The notes below the pieces were generated by a model, which worked only from the letters and a program-made list of their open reading frames with translations, was not told the origin of the DNA and did not search any database. Of a stretch of DNA of 64,000 nucleotides, positions 38,817 through 50,150 are shown piece after piece. The stretch lies in assembly GCA_963514005.1 (NCBI GenBank), contig OY740811.1, forward strand, positions 11,594,001 through 11,658,000, read 5' to 3'. The translations under genes were made by a program, and so were the position numbers. How positions within the stretch are numbered: the stretch's first letter is position 1; each line of letters starts with the position of its first letter. The stretch comes from Raja brachyura. Lineage: Eukaryota.

Positions 38817-40073
38817 CACCTCTACCCACTGAATCGGTCCAATTCTGAAGCAGACCTTTGTAGCAATAAACTAGAGTGCCACAGGATTACTTGAGAAAAT
38901 AGTAGTTAAGCTAAGTACTCCACAAGCAGTATCAAATGGCACCATTTTAAAAGTACAAACATCAACCAAAGCTGTTACCATTCTCATCTCTGGTAGAAAC
39001 AGAAGCCCCCAACATACAACTACTGAAAGCACAGCAAACCAGTCTTGTCCACAAGCAAGCTGCAAATTTTAGAAGCTCCTTAGGTAGACATTACTGTTCA
39101 GGATTCTCCTCAATCTAGTCCTTTCCTATCCCCACTAAGAGAGAAAATCAACAGTGGAGAATTTGATGCATCTTATGAAATACATTTGGAAAAGACTCAG
39201 CCCACAGGAAGTGGATGACAACAAAATACTTTCAGAGCACAATGTAGAACAGTTTAGTCCTGGACCAGACAGGCATTAAAGTCACATCGTTTGGGAGAAA
39301 TGGCGGCTACTATTGTTATACTGCATTCTGCCTTACCCAACTAACCACTCTGATCAACAATTCCAAGGCAAATAGACCACAAACTTTAAACATGCAACAG
39401 TAACTTTACTCCTGCGCACTACAAAAATTCCATTGCAAAAAAACAGATCATTTATTCATCAACCCAAATTTTAGACAACACCCCCCCCCCTCCCCAGCAA
39501 ACCAGTCAGTCTAGCCTTGCCATACTGACCATTCAGCAAACGGGCCACATCCCAGCTACGAAATAACGTTTTGTAGAAGCAAACTGCAGTGCCATTGGAG
39601 AATTTCAGTCACAAATCCAGTCTCACTGTCCACATTTGGAAAGAAGATTTACCAGAGAATCCCAGACACTATAAGGTTGACCTTCAATACAAACCAACCC
39701 AACGGTGAAAACAGCATCTCGACATATTATAACAGGGAATGTAGTGGCCAATATACTCGACCAACACCTCCCAGCACCAAAGGTCCCTCCCCAAATCACA
39801 ACACAACTACACCAAGTGTAGCCAGCAACCTCACTCGCAATGCATTACCTCTTCACCTCTTAAAAGGTAGAGACTTACAATTATAGGGACTGTGGAATAT
39901 CTGCCACAAATTAATTTGCCTTTAAATTACAGGTTTACATTTTCTCATGTCAGCACAAACCAAAACTCAATGTCAAATGGGGGCAGAGTCTTAAAACCAA
40001 TTTCAATTTAAGCTTTACAAAGAAATAGAGCCAATCTCATTAGAAACTATTCAGCCTTTCATCAATTCCTGAT

Positions 40074-40141
40074 TGTCATCAATTTCAGCACAAAGACAAT
40101 AAATGCATGTCATCAATTTCAGCACAAAGACAATAAATGCA
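40074..40141. repeat. Perfect 34-bp tandem duplication
   Basis: tgtcatcaatttcagcacaaagacaataaatgca occurs twice in direct tandem. Confidence 0.95.
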
Positions 40142-40193
40142 TTTGCACAAAGACGTAGGCGCCTCTCTTCTTGATTTGTTTACTGAAGTATAA

Positions 40194-40490
40194 AGGGCCT
40201 GTCCCGCGCACGCAATTTTTTAGAAAACTGCCGGCACCCGTCATAGTCGCAGCAGGTCGGCGAAAATGTTAAAACGGTTGAAAAACCAGCAGCGACCAGA
40301 AAAAGGTACGACTCTTTGGACAACTCATGACCATACAGGCATCTCCCCGTGACCACGGGGCGAGTATGGTCGTGTGTAGTTGCCCAAAGAGTCGTATCTT
40401 TTTCTGGTCGCCACTGGATTTAACACTTTCACCGACCTGCTGCAACTATCATGGGTGCCGGCAGTATCCGAAAAAAAATCACGCAAGGGC
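40194..40490. mobile_element. PIF/Harbinger-type MITE (same family as 30549-30794), right TIR truncated
   Basis: taa|agggcctgtccc at the left end; shared internal agcagcgaccagaaaaaggtacgactctttgg and its inverted copy. Confidence 0.8.
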
Positions 40491-41589
40491 AAAAATACTA
40501 AAAGAGAGCTGATGTTTCCACACGTTTGAGTAATTTTGAAAATTCCCGCATTGATTGCATCTTTAAGATTTGCATTTACAGCTTTGACAATGTTTACAAT
40601 ATGCAATTCTCTAATGTGTGCATAGAACAAATCTTGATAAATCTAATTCAATTATTGATGCAAAACCTGATGCAGGTCGATTGACTCGAGGCATAACTAA
40701 AACCCTGCTTGGCATTTCAGAGTGGCTGCATGGTAAGAGTTACAAATTCCAGGATGCCGTCTTTAAACAAAACACTACTCATCCCCAAAGTCCTTACCCA
40801 CAGTCACAGATTACTACAAGGAATCTTTCTGGGTGCTGGGTACTCAAACAACATTTATCCTTTGAACTTCACAAGATTCCAGCAGCCAACCTTGATACAT
40901 CAGGAACCAAGCGTAGCTATTTTAGTACAAGTATTCGGCCCACCAAAAATCCAAAAGGTGCTAAAAACAGCAGCTTGTAATATTTAATTATGTGCAAAAT
41001 GGAGACTGCCAACTGGAGATTTTGGGGCCCCCCTGATAATGCATTGGCTGAAGTTAACTGGCAGGTTGCCAACCAAAACACATTCAGCATCCAGGTCAAC
41101 CCCTCAATTATGAGATCACCTGGTTTGTTAGCACTGCTGCATTTGATTAATACTGACTGAACACTTCGATTGCCTGTAATTATACTGTGGAAAGACTTTA
41201 TAACATGTTTGGAGTGGAAAATTGAAGATTTTTTTTTTTCAAACTCTGGTGTAGACGCATAAAATTACCCCTTACGAATGTTAACTATACTGCCAATTTG
41301 GACTATGGGTACAAAATACAGCTCTTTTACAAAATAAAGTGCTGGAGCAACTCGGTGGATCAAGCAGCTCTGGTGAACATGGATCAATGTCTCAGGTCGG
41401 GATGCGTAACATCGCCTATCCATGTTTTCCAAGGATGCTGCCTGAACTATTGAGTTACTCTAGCACTATGCCCTTTTTTTGCCCATTTCAACTGCTAGGG
41501 TGACCAAGGCACATGAACATGACAAACTAACATTGGCAGTGCACAAGGAAGGCAAGTAGAAGACAGTAAATTGTAATTGTGGGCTGCAT

Positions 41590-42315
41590 CAGTGAGGGGT
41601 GGGAAGCTGAATACAAAGTGGCCAGTCAACGACTTTGTTGAGTGGTATGGGCTGAATTGCCTGCAGCTCAACACTGACAAGACCAAGGAGTTAATGGTGG
41701 ACTTTTAGGAGGAGGGAAACCTCGATACATCAGGGACCCATGCCCAGTCTCCATCAATGGTGTGAATGTGCAGTTTACCAGGGAGTACAAATACCTTGGA
41801 GTGTACCTGGACAGTAAACTGGACCAGGAACGCTGGGGCAGTAAGATGCTGCAGAGGTTCTACCAATCGGTGACAGCCAGTGCAATCTTCATTACTGTCA
41901 TGTGCTGGGGCAGCAGGGCAAAGGTCAGGGACGCCAATAGGATTAACAAACTCACCAGGAAGGCTGGCTCCGTGAGTTGGATCCATGAGGTGTGGTCCTA
42001 GAGGGGAGGATGCTCCTCAAACTACAGAACATCGTGGATAATGCAGCTCACCCCCTCCATGACACTGGTCAACCCGAGGAGTACCTTCAGCAGCAGACTG
42101 GTTCCACCAAGATGCAGGACAAAACGCCACAGATCCTTCTTCCCTGTGGCTATTATACTTTACAACTCCTCCCCCGTCTGTCGTGTTGTATACAGAGACC
42201 AACTCTTCCCCCACACCCCCCACCTCACCCCCAATCTTTGCACATGTCAATCCTTTCCACACGTCACTTTGATTTCATGTATTTTGGGGGGGGGGGGGGG
42301 GGTTTAACGACTGTT
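41590..42315 (+). mobile_element. Rex1/Babar LINE 3' fragment
   Basis: FVEWYGLNCLQLNTDKTKELMVDF; EYKYLGVYLDSKLD; MLQRFYQSVTASAIF; RSTFSSRLVPPRCRTKRHRSFFPVAI. Confidence 0.88.
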
Positions 42316-42509
42316 GGCAGATTCAGCAACAATTAACGTTTTTAAACTGACGTTGAATGCAAAATTCTAAATATAAGTTCAATGTGAAGTTCGCAAAATA
42401 CAGCTTTAAGCACAATTATAGAACACAGGCTCCATTTTCAAGATCAACTGTGACACAGGCCAAGTATTGACTGCTAATCCACATTCCCTGTTTTTCACTG
42501 ATGAATGAT

Positions 42510-42777
42510 ATAGCGCTGAAACAGGCGCGTCGGCGCACGGAGTCCACGACCAGCTATTCCCCGCACATTAACACTCTCCTACACACTAGGCACTTACAAT
42601 TATACAAAGCCAATTAACCTACAAACCTGTGGAAGGAAACCAGAGATCCCAGAGAAAACCCATGCATGTCTCGGTGGGAATGGGCAAACTCTGTACAGAC
42701 AAGCACCCGCAGTCAGGTTTGAACCCGGGTCTCTGGCATTGTAAGGCTGCACCTCTACTGCTGCGCCACCGTGCTGT
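42510..42777 (-). mobile_element. V-SINE
   Basis: Reverse-complement head gcacggtggcgcagcagtagag...cccgggttcaaacc. Confidence 0.8.
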
Positions 42778-43519
42778 CATGAAAGTCAAGGATGAACAGG
42801 TGCAAGAAATGCGGAAGCATGATGCACAGATTAAGCTAGGTTCGACAAAAATGCAATTTGAACATTCAGCATCTTTTCCCCACCTTGTCCACTATTTCAG
42901 CGTCCACTTTGTGCATCCACCACTGCCTCCATGTTGCAACTTTGAGCCACTATTGAAGACTGCAGACTGTGCAGTGAGGGTCACTCTGCTATTCAGCTAG
43001 GTAAGGAGTTTAGGATTTGGATTCAGTGATGAAGCAATGGCGAAGTTCCCAAACAAGCACACTGTAATTTATAAAGAACCCATGGAGTGAAACATTCCTG
43101 TGCCCTTCCAGTTCAAGGATCTGGGAAGTGCCGAGGATGCTTTGCTAAGCTGCTCAAGCAGATTCAGCATTATGGTGCTGATGATGTAAACGATGAACGC
43201 GTGTTCAAGGTGCTAGTTCCAGCAGTGTTGAGCCACAATTTATGTTTAGTTTTCCTTGCAAGACTTATAGAAAAATCAGATATTTGAAGGAAACAGCAAG
43301 AGCAAGTCAGGCAGATTCAAACAGTTTAATATAATAAATGCAGGCTGTAGGCAGCTTTGATTTTGTGTACACTTCAACATGACAAGAAAACAAACTGGAT
43401 CTGTCCATGCAAGTAACAAGCATTAAGCATGTTCCACTTGAAAACAAAGCAAAGTCATGTATCAGAAGAGTCATATTGGAGGAAACAAACAGTCTTCTTG
43501 CCTTCAGAATAACCTCCAG

Positions 43520-43720
43520 CAACACAGCAGTAGAGTTGCTGCCCTAGTGCCAGAGACTTGGGTTTTATCCAGACCATGCGGGTTTTAACATTTTCACTCA
43601 CGTTCCAAAGATGTACAGGTTTGTGGTTCAATTGGCATTGGTGAGTTGTAAGATAGTGTTAGAGTACCAGGTGATCGCTGGTCGGCACGGACTGGGTGGG
43701 TCCAAGTTTCCACACTATCA
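43520..43720 (+). mobile_element. Degenerate, internally deleted V-SINE
   Basis: cagcagtagagttgctgcc...ccaaagatgtacaggtttgt...gatcgctggtcggcacggact. Confidence 0.7.
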
Positions 43721-44722
43721 CTGAAGTCAGTTTCAATTGCTGGAGCAACGATTTTTCTCATTTTACACAAATGCTTCATCTGATGACAATATTATGGCAG
43801 ATCATTGGTGCAAGTCACTTCGCAAATCTTATATCAGAAAAGATGAAAGCCAGCAACACCTACTCTGCCAGAACATATTTTAGCCTTTAAGGAAAGGTTT
43901 AACAAAGACTTTATTTGAAACAAACATGGCCTAATCAGGCAATGATCACCACCAAATGGGAGCATGTTATATGGACAGAGGCAGCAAAAAACTTTTACAC
44001 GCTATCTAGTCAAGTCATAATATAATACTACAATCAAGCCACACAGGTAGGCAAAGGGAAAAATACCAGAGCACAGTATATAGTGTTACAGCAAAAGTAC
44101 AGATATTAAAAAGCACAAGAGCTGTAATAATGTAGGTTGGGGCTGCACACGTGTCTGAAAAGGGTCTCGACCCAAAACCTCACCCATTCTTTTTCTTCCG
44201 AGATGCTTAGTGTACAAGATAAGTCCCAGCCATGCATGTGCAGATTTTTATCTATGCCTTTGACAAATGTTAAATGTTAGGGCGAGGGCAACGTTGGGCA
44301 CACTTTTACCCCCGTTGTCTGCCGACGTGCATTGTGGCCCATCCTCGACCCCCAGATGAACTGGAAGACGGCCCAGGTGATCCCTGTGGCATAGGAGGGA
44401 GGAACAGGCCACACTTGCGCCAAGTACAGAAGCCCCGAGAGCACATGTGATGCACACCTTTGATCTCACAAAATAAGTTGTAGCACTCAAGTTTCCAGAA
44501 TGGGTTTTGATTCAGAGGTGAACAATCAACAATAAGGCAAGACTAACACCCAGGAACAAAAGGCTGCTCTCACCAATTGGTACGGAACACCTTTTACTAC
44601 AGAGTCTGATCAACTTCCTTCAGACTTAGTCTATTGCGACCACATCCTGAATTTCATTTCTTTATCTTTCTAGCAAGCCAATTGTGGCATCTTCATCAGA
44701 TGCTGCTACATACAACCCACTG

Positions 44723-44946
44723 GGGTTACACAAAAGGCTGGAGAAACTCAGCGGGTGCAGCAGCATCTAAGGAGCGAAGGAGATAGGCGACGTTTCGGGT
44801 CGAGACCCTTCTTCAGGTCTGAAGAAGGGTCTCGACCCGAAACGTCGCCTATCTCCTTCGCTCCTTAGATGCTGCTGCACCCGCTGAGTTTCTCCAGCCT
44901 TTTGTGTAACCCTCGATTCTCCAGCATCTGCAGTTCCTTCTTTAAC
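44723..44946 (+). mobile_element. Young Penelope-derived element: perfect 94-bp inverted repeat, hammerhead motif, 34-nt tail, 15-bp TSD
   Basis: Arms 44723-44816 and 44819-44912 are exact reverse complements; TSD acatacaacccactg at 44708-44722 and 44947-44961. Confidence 0.95.
44815..44850 (+). ncRNA. Minimal type I hammerhead ribozyme motif
   Basis: AGGT-CTGAAGA-A-GGGT(CTCG)ACCC-GAAAC-GTC^-GCCT: catalytic core CUGAnGA and GAAA, 4-bp stem II, palindromic ACGU stem III, GUC cleavage triplet, stem I AGGU/GCCU. Activity is untested. Confidence 0.75.
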
Positions 44947-46229
44947 ACATACAACCCACTGTTAGGTTTGCACCTTTTCTTAGAATTAAGGCAGGTTAAC
45001 ACTACATGCCCTGAAGAGATGAATAGCCAATAGAACAACATTTAATCCTTCAAGTTGATTTTCAGAACTTTGATAGTGAATTACAGGCTACGATTGTTCC
45101 TAACTTCTTATATAACATTTCATTTCCTTTTGGATCCTCAAATGTCATCTTGGGTTTCTCCAAGATGACAAATCTCTGCTAATATCGCACTGGTAGATAA
45201 AACAGAACCAACCTCACACAAGTAAATATACTTCTCTTAGAGCACTTCAAATAAGAAAACAGCACATGTTAATAACCTCCAGATTCTGTATTGGACAAAG
45301 AAACAAATCAAGCCTCACTTGCAAGGCCCTGCCAGATGGCTGTGGAGGCTGCTCAAGGCACAGATGAAAGCTAGTTTAGTTTCCACGCAACACAGTCAAC
45401 TAAACCCTTGTTATAGCAGAACATGGGGAGTGGAAAATAGCCGTTACAGCCAATTGTCCGAGTAATAGAGTATCATTGCACAAGTAGTAGCAACAAAGAA
45501 CCATAGATGCTGTTTAATACACAAAAGGACAGGGCTGGAGTAACTCAGCATCTCTGGAGAACACTGATAGACGTTTCGAATAGAGACCTTATTTCAGACA
45601 CACGATCTGGAACTGGACCGAGAATCCATGTGACTTGACGGCCCTGGCCTGTTGGTGGCCAAGGGAAAGAGGCAAGGATCAGTGGAGTCAGTTACTCCAG
45701 GCACTAATTCATTACGTGGTTTGATTAATTGCAAGCCCCCAAGTACCACATGCAAACTGCCTTTGCCCTGCATTTTATAGTTAAATACACATGATCCACT
45801 AATTTGTTGCAACATTTCTGAACAGATACGAGGCACACCATTTTTAACGTACAGGCAATTTACTAGCTGTCTGTCAGAGTTTCAATGTACACCAGACCTC
45901 TCTACAGAATGGGTTTAAAAATGATTAAGAGCCACTGTCTTTCAAATGAAAATTAGAGTCTCCTCCGCTACCTCAGCAAGATAATAGCTGGGAAGTCATC
46001 TCAGTGCTTTAATCTTCAGTAATCCTGATCAGGAAGTGCTATTTCAGATACTTTAGCATCTGGACAGTGGAAATTGCTGCTGCATTGACCATATCATCAA
46101 CTGAAATACTTTGAACCTCTAACTCAATATACAGTAGGCACCTAGTAGATGTGCATCATTCCGAAATGAACTAACTTCTGGTGTGCAGTCATCTACATGC
46201 ACCCAGGGCAGTTATGAAAAGATCAGTCA

Positions 46230-46305
46230 TCTTGTTGGAAACAAGAGGATAAATATTGACCAGAACCAGGGAGAAATGCTGCATTTCAACTAAAGAAGTG
46301 CCACT
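46230..46305 (-). mobile_element. Possible ancient Deu-domain SINE fragment
   Basis: Reverse complement tggcact...tctccctggttctggtcaatatttatcctc resembles the Deu domain of AmnSINE1/SacSINE1 as I recall it. Confidence 0.4.
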
Positions 46306-46999
46306 TTTTTTGCAAGGGAAAAAAGGGAAGAACTTAAAGATAAAACCTCATGTTAGTCTAGATTGTGATCAAGTACACAGTCAATTCAACTTGAGAATAT
46401 GAGAATATACAGAGTATACAAAAGACAGGCAAAGTGTTCACATCTCAGGAACTTTAAAATTCAACAAGCACCCAATGTTTAGGCAAGGTTCAGTTTCTAG
46501 AGCTGAAAAATTCCCTTTGTGGCAGAGTTTCAATTCCATGAAGTGAAAAAGAACTCCCACAGAAAAAGGGAAGTACAGCATGCAGACATCCCACAGTCTG
46601 CACTGAGGAGTCAACTGGTGAAAACAGAAGAGGCCACAATCCTCTTTAGTTGGTCCTTGTCGAAGTGAAATATTACACTACAAGACTCCACATTGAATCA
46701 ACAAACTTGTACTATTCACTTACTGATGCATAACAGTCTCCCAGGGAGAAGGGGGAAAGAATTAGTCAAAGGAGTCGACAGCAATGTTGGGAGAATAAAA
46801 CAAAGGGTTTCTATAAAATCGAGGCTTGGTCAATGCAGTGGGCCAAAGGGCCAACTTCAGTGATGTACAACTATGTTTCATTTTAAATTAACGCACAATG
46901 GATTTAACAGACCAACAAGCTCCTGCTGGAATTTCAATACTTGACTAGCATTAAATGCCTGGACTGAATAAAGATACATTACTTTGTATCGCAGGATAA

Positions 47000-47452
47000 G
47001 TTACACACTAAAAGTGCTGGAGTAGCTCAGCGGGTCAGACAGCATCTCTTCAGAATGAAGGGTCCCAACCTGAAACATCGCCCATCCATGTTCTCCCTTG
47101 ATGCTGCCCGTCCTGCTGATTTACTCTGGCACTGTGTCTATCTTTGGTGTAAACCAGCATCTACAATTCCTTTCTACACATGTTACATGTCAATGTTCCA
47201 TGATCAACGATGCAATAGCATTAAGGCAGTGTGAACTAATGACAAAATTACCTGCTTAAAAACAACATTCCCAGTTCTTTAAAAAAAGGAATAGGTGACG
47301 TTTCAGGTCAAGACCCTTCTTCAGACTGAAGGGTCTCAACCCAAATCGTCACCTATTCCTTTTCTCCAGTGATGCTGTCTGACCAACTGAGATACTCCAA
47401 CTTTGTGTCTATGTTTGGTTTAAACCAGCATCTGCAGTTCCTTCCTACACAC
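47000..47452 (+). mobile_element. Two adjacent Penelope-derived hairpin elements (~47000-47181 and ~47285-47452)
   Basis: Shared arms, hammerhead-like centres and aaaccagcatct...ttcctt..ctacac tails. Confidence 0.8.
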
Positions 47453-48237
47453 TTGCCAGCTCTTTTCTTCTCTCGTTTCCTAACTTTGCACTACACTATC
47501 CATATATCCCCGTACTGTTGCAGAGCAGAGTATTTAGCAATCCAGTTCAGCACATACAATGCTTGCTCAGGTACTTGCATCCAAAAATGCATGGTGGATT
47601 GTAAAAATAACACAAACCCAATCATTTGCCCAAATCATGACACAACATATTAAATGACAAATTAAAAGGCAGTGCTCTTACAATTGCACATGTTGGCACA
47701 AAGGCCATTTCTAACTGAAGTGGCTGAACTACCAATATTAAGAATTTTAAAAGGCACTTAACTTGCATGGACCACCCCCCACCCACACCCCAGGCTCAAG
47801 AATTGACAACCATAGCACTGACAAGTTGTGCAAAGAATGAGATTCAGATTGGAGAACCACTGATTGATAAATTCATTATTAAGATGCACGATCACCAACT
47901 CACAACAACCAAGAGACCAGCTCACTTTGGACTTCTAACCATATCACAGACAGCAGGAGAGAGCAGATACCAGTGCATCAAATCCAAACAGAGGGTCAGC
48001 TTGTCGGGCCATCTGTATACAGAACAAACTGGGTGGACAAAGCAGGTTTGTGCAATGGACTAGATTGACAAAGATGTGGCTGACACATCCTCCCATGGTC
48101 AGTACAACATATCCTGTTGTGCTGCAGCAAGTAAGAATTTCATTGTTTTATCTGGGACATATGACAGTAAAACACTCTTGACAACAGCCAACCTGGGACA
48201 GTAGGAGCAATAGTGACACAATAGCTTAAAAGCTCAA

Positions 48238-48860
48238 CATAGAAAATGGGTGCAGGAGGCGGCCATTCGGCCCTTCGAGCCAGCACCACCATTCATTGTG
48301 ATCATGGCTGATCATCCCCTATCAATAACCCGTGCCTGCCTTCTCCCCATATCCCTCGACTCCACTAGCCCCTTGAGCTCTATCTAACTCTCTCTTAAAT
48401 CTATCCAGTGACTCGGCCTCCACTGCCCTCTGTGGCAGGGAATTCCATAAATTCACAACTCTCTGGGTGAAAACGTTTTTTCTCACCTCAGTCTTAAATG
48501 ACCTCCCCTTTATTCTAAGACTGTGGCCCCTGGTTCTGGACTCGCCCCACATTGGGAACATTTTTCCTGCATTTAGCTTGTCCAGTCCTTTTCCAATTTT
48601 ATATGTTCTATAAGATTCCCCCTCATCCTTCTAAACTCCAGTGAATACAAGCCTAGTCTTTTCAATCTTTCCTCATATGATAGTCCCACCATCCCAGGGA
48701 TCAATCTCGTGAACCTACGCTGCACTGCCTCAATCACAAGGATGTCCTTCCTCAAATTAGGAGACTAAAACTGTATGCAATACTCCAGATGTAGTCTCAC
48801 CAGAGCCCTATACAACTGCAGAAGCACCTCTTTACTCCTATACGGAAATCCTCTTGTTAA
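48238..48860 (-). mobile_element. CR1 LINE 3' end
   Basis: RKDILVIEAVQRRFTRLIPGM...LEFRRMRG / FPMWGESRTRGHSLRIKG...WNSLPQRAVEA, with one frameshift. Confidence 0.95.
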
Positions 48861-49884
48861 ACAGTTTGAACCATTGATGAAACATAAATGACCTTATGAT
48901 TAAAAACTATCAAGTACCATCGCAAAACCCTCCTCCATTGACTGAATCGTGTAAATACATTGTCATGGATAAATTGCATAGCATAAAAGTGTAAGACAAG
49001 AGACTCCAGTGACAGACACTATAATTATACTAGACTTGGTTGAAAGACATCCAAAATCTAATGACAATTTGTACTACCGAGACAGTAAACCCTATGTCTG
49101 ACACAAAACAGCACTTACTGGATTATGCCCAAGTCTGAATTCCAACAGAAGGAGGAAAGGTTACTTTGGCAACTTTCCATCAATCTCTGCACAAAGCACT
49201 TGAGGAATTTCACATGGACAGAATATTAACTTCCATAACCAATGGAAAATAATCTTTTTTGGAAGGTAGTAAGTATTAAAATAGAACAGCCATTACACAA
49301 TATTGGGACCCACTACACTGCTGCTCATAGTCCATAAAAGGAAGATGAGATTTTTCTAGTCTGGTGAAGTGTTCCAAATGAATTTGCCTAGTCACAGCTA
49401 GACCTGGTATGAACCAAATCACTCAAGCTGGCAACGGCGGCTCAAAATTAACACTACAAAACACACCATTTAAGCCATTTGCTTTTAAGTATTTGCCTTC
49501 ATGAAGAAAAACAAACTCCATTTGGACCAAGTTGTGTGTCAAATTGCACTGCAAATCATTCATGCATGTTTTATTGGATCATACAGTCAAAATGCACATT
49601 AAGTTGCTGAATTAAATTTGATGGCCAGACATTAATTATGTCATAAGACATAGTCACATTTACACCTTCATGGAAAACATTGATCGCACCCAGTTTATGT
49701 GGTGGAACATTTCCTTGCCTCGATGCATAAACGATGACCCTTAAAGCATAAGGGGCCTTGAAGCTCGCACCATTTTGCTTGTCAGAAAGAATCCTCTGCT
49801 TTCTAGTTGTGACTACTTTGCGTCTGCAGATGATCACAATATTAGCCAGTGTTTGTATCGGTGAACTCCCATGTTACAGCATCT

Positions 49885-50150
49885 ACCACAAAGCTGTAGA
49901 GCTGCTGCCTTACAGCGCCAGAGACCTGGGTTTAATCCTGACTACGGGTGCATGAAGTTTGTACTTTCTTTCGGAGGCTGTAGTATTCTCCAGCTGCCTA
50001 GTTTCCTCCCACATCCCAAAAACATGCAGGTTTGTAGGTTAATTGGCCTCTGTAAACTGCCCTTGGCGTGTAGGATGGAATAGCATAGAACTAGCGTACA
50101 GGTGACTGATGGTCAGCATGAACACTATGGGCTAAGGGACTCTATCCACA
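49885..50150 (+). mobile_element. V-SINE
   Basis: gtagagctgctgccttacagcgccagagacctgggtttaatcctgactacggg...tttcctcccacatcccaaa. Confidence 0.8.

Noticed and set aside
44723-44912. Pre-miRNA or DNA-transposon MITE interpretation of the palindrome
   Set aside because: The asymmetric tail, variable arm length, 14-16 bp TSDs and identity with the PLE 3' end point to a retroelement origin.
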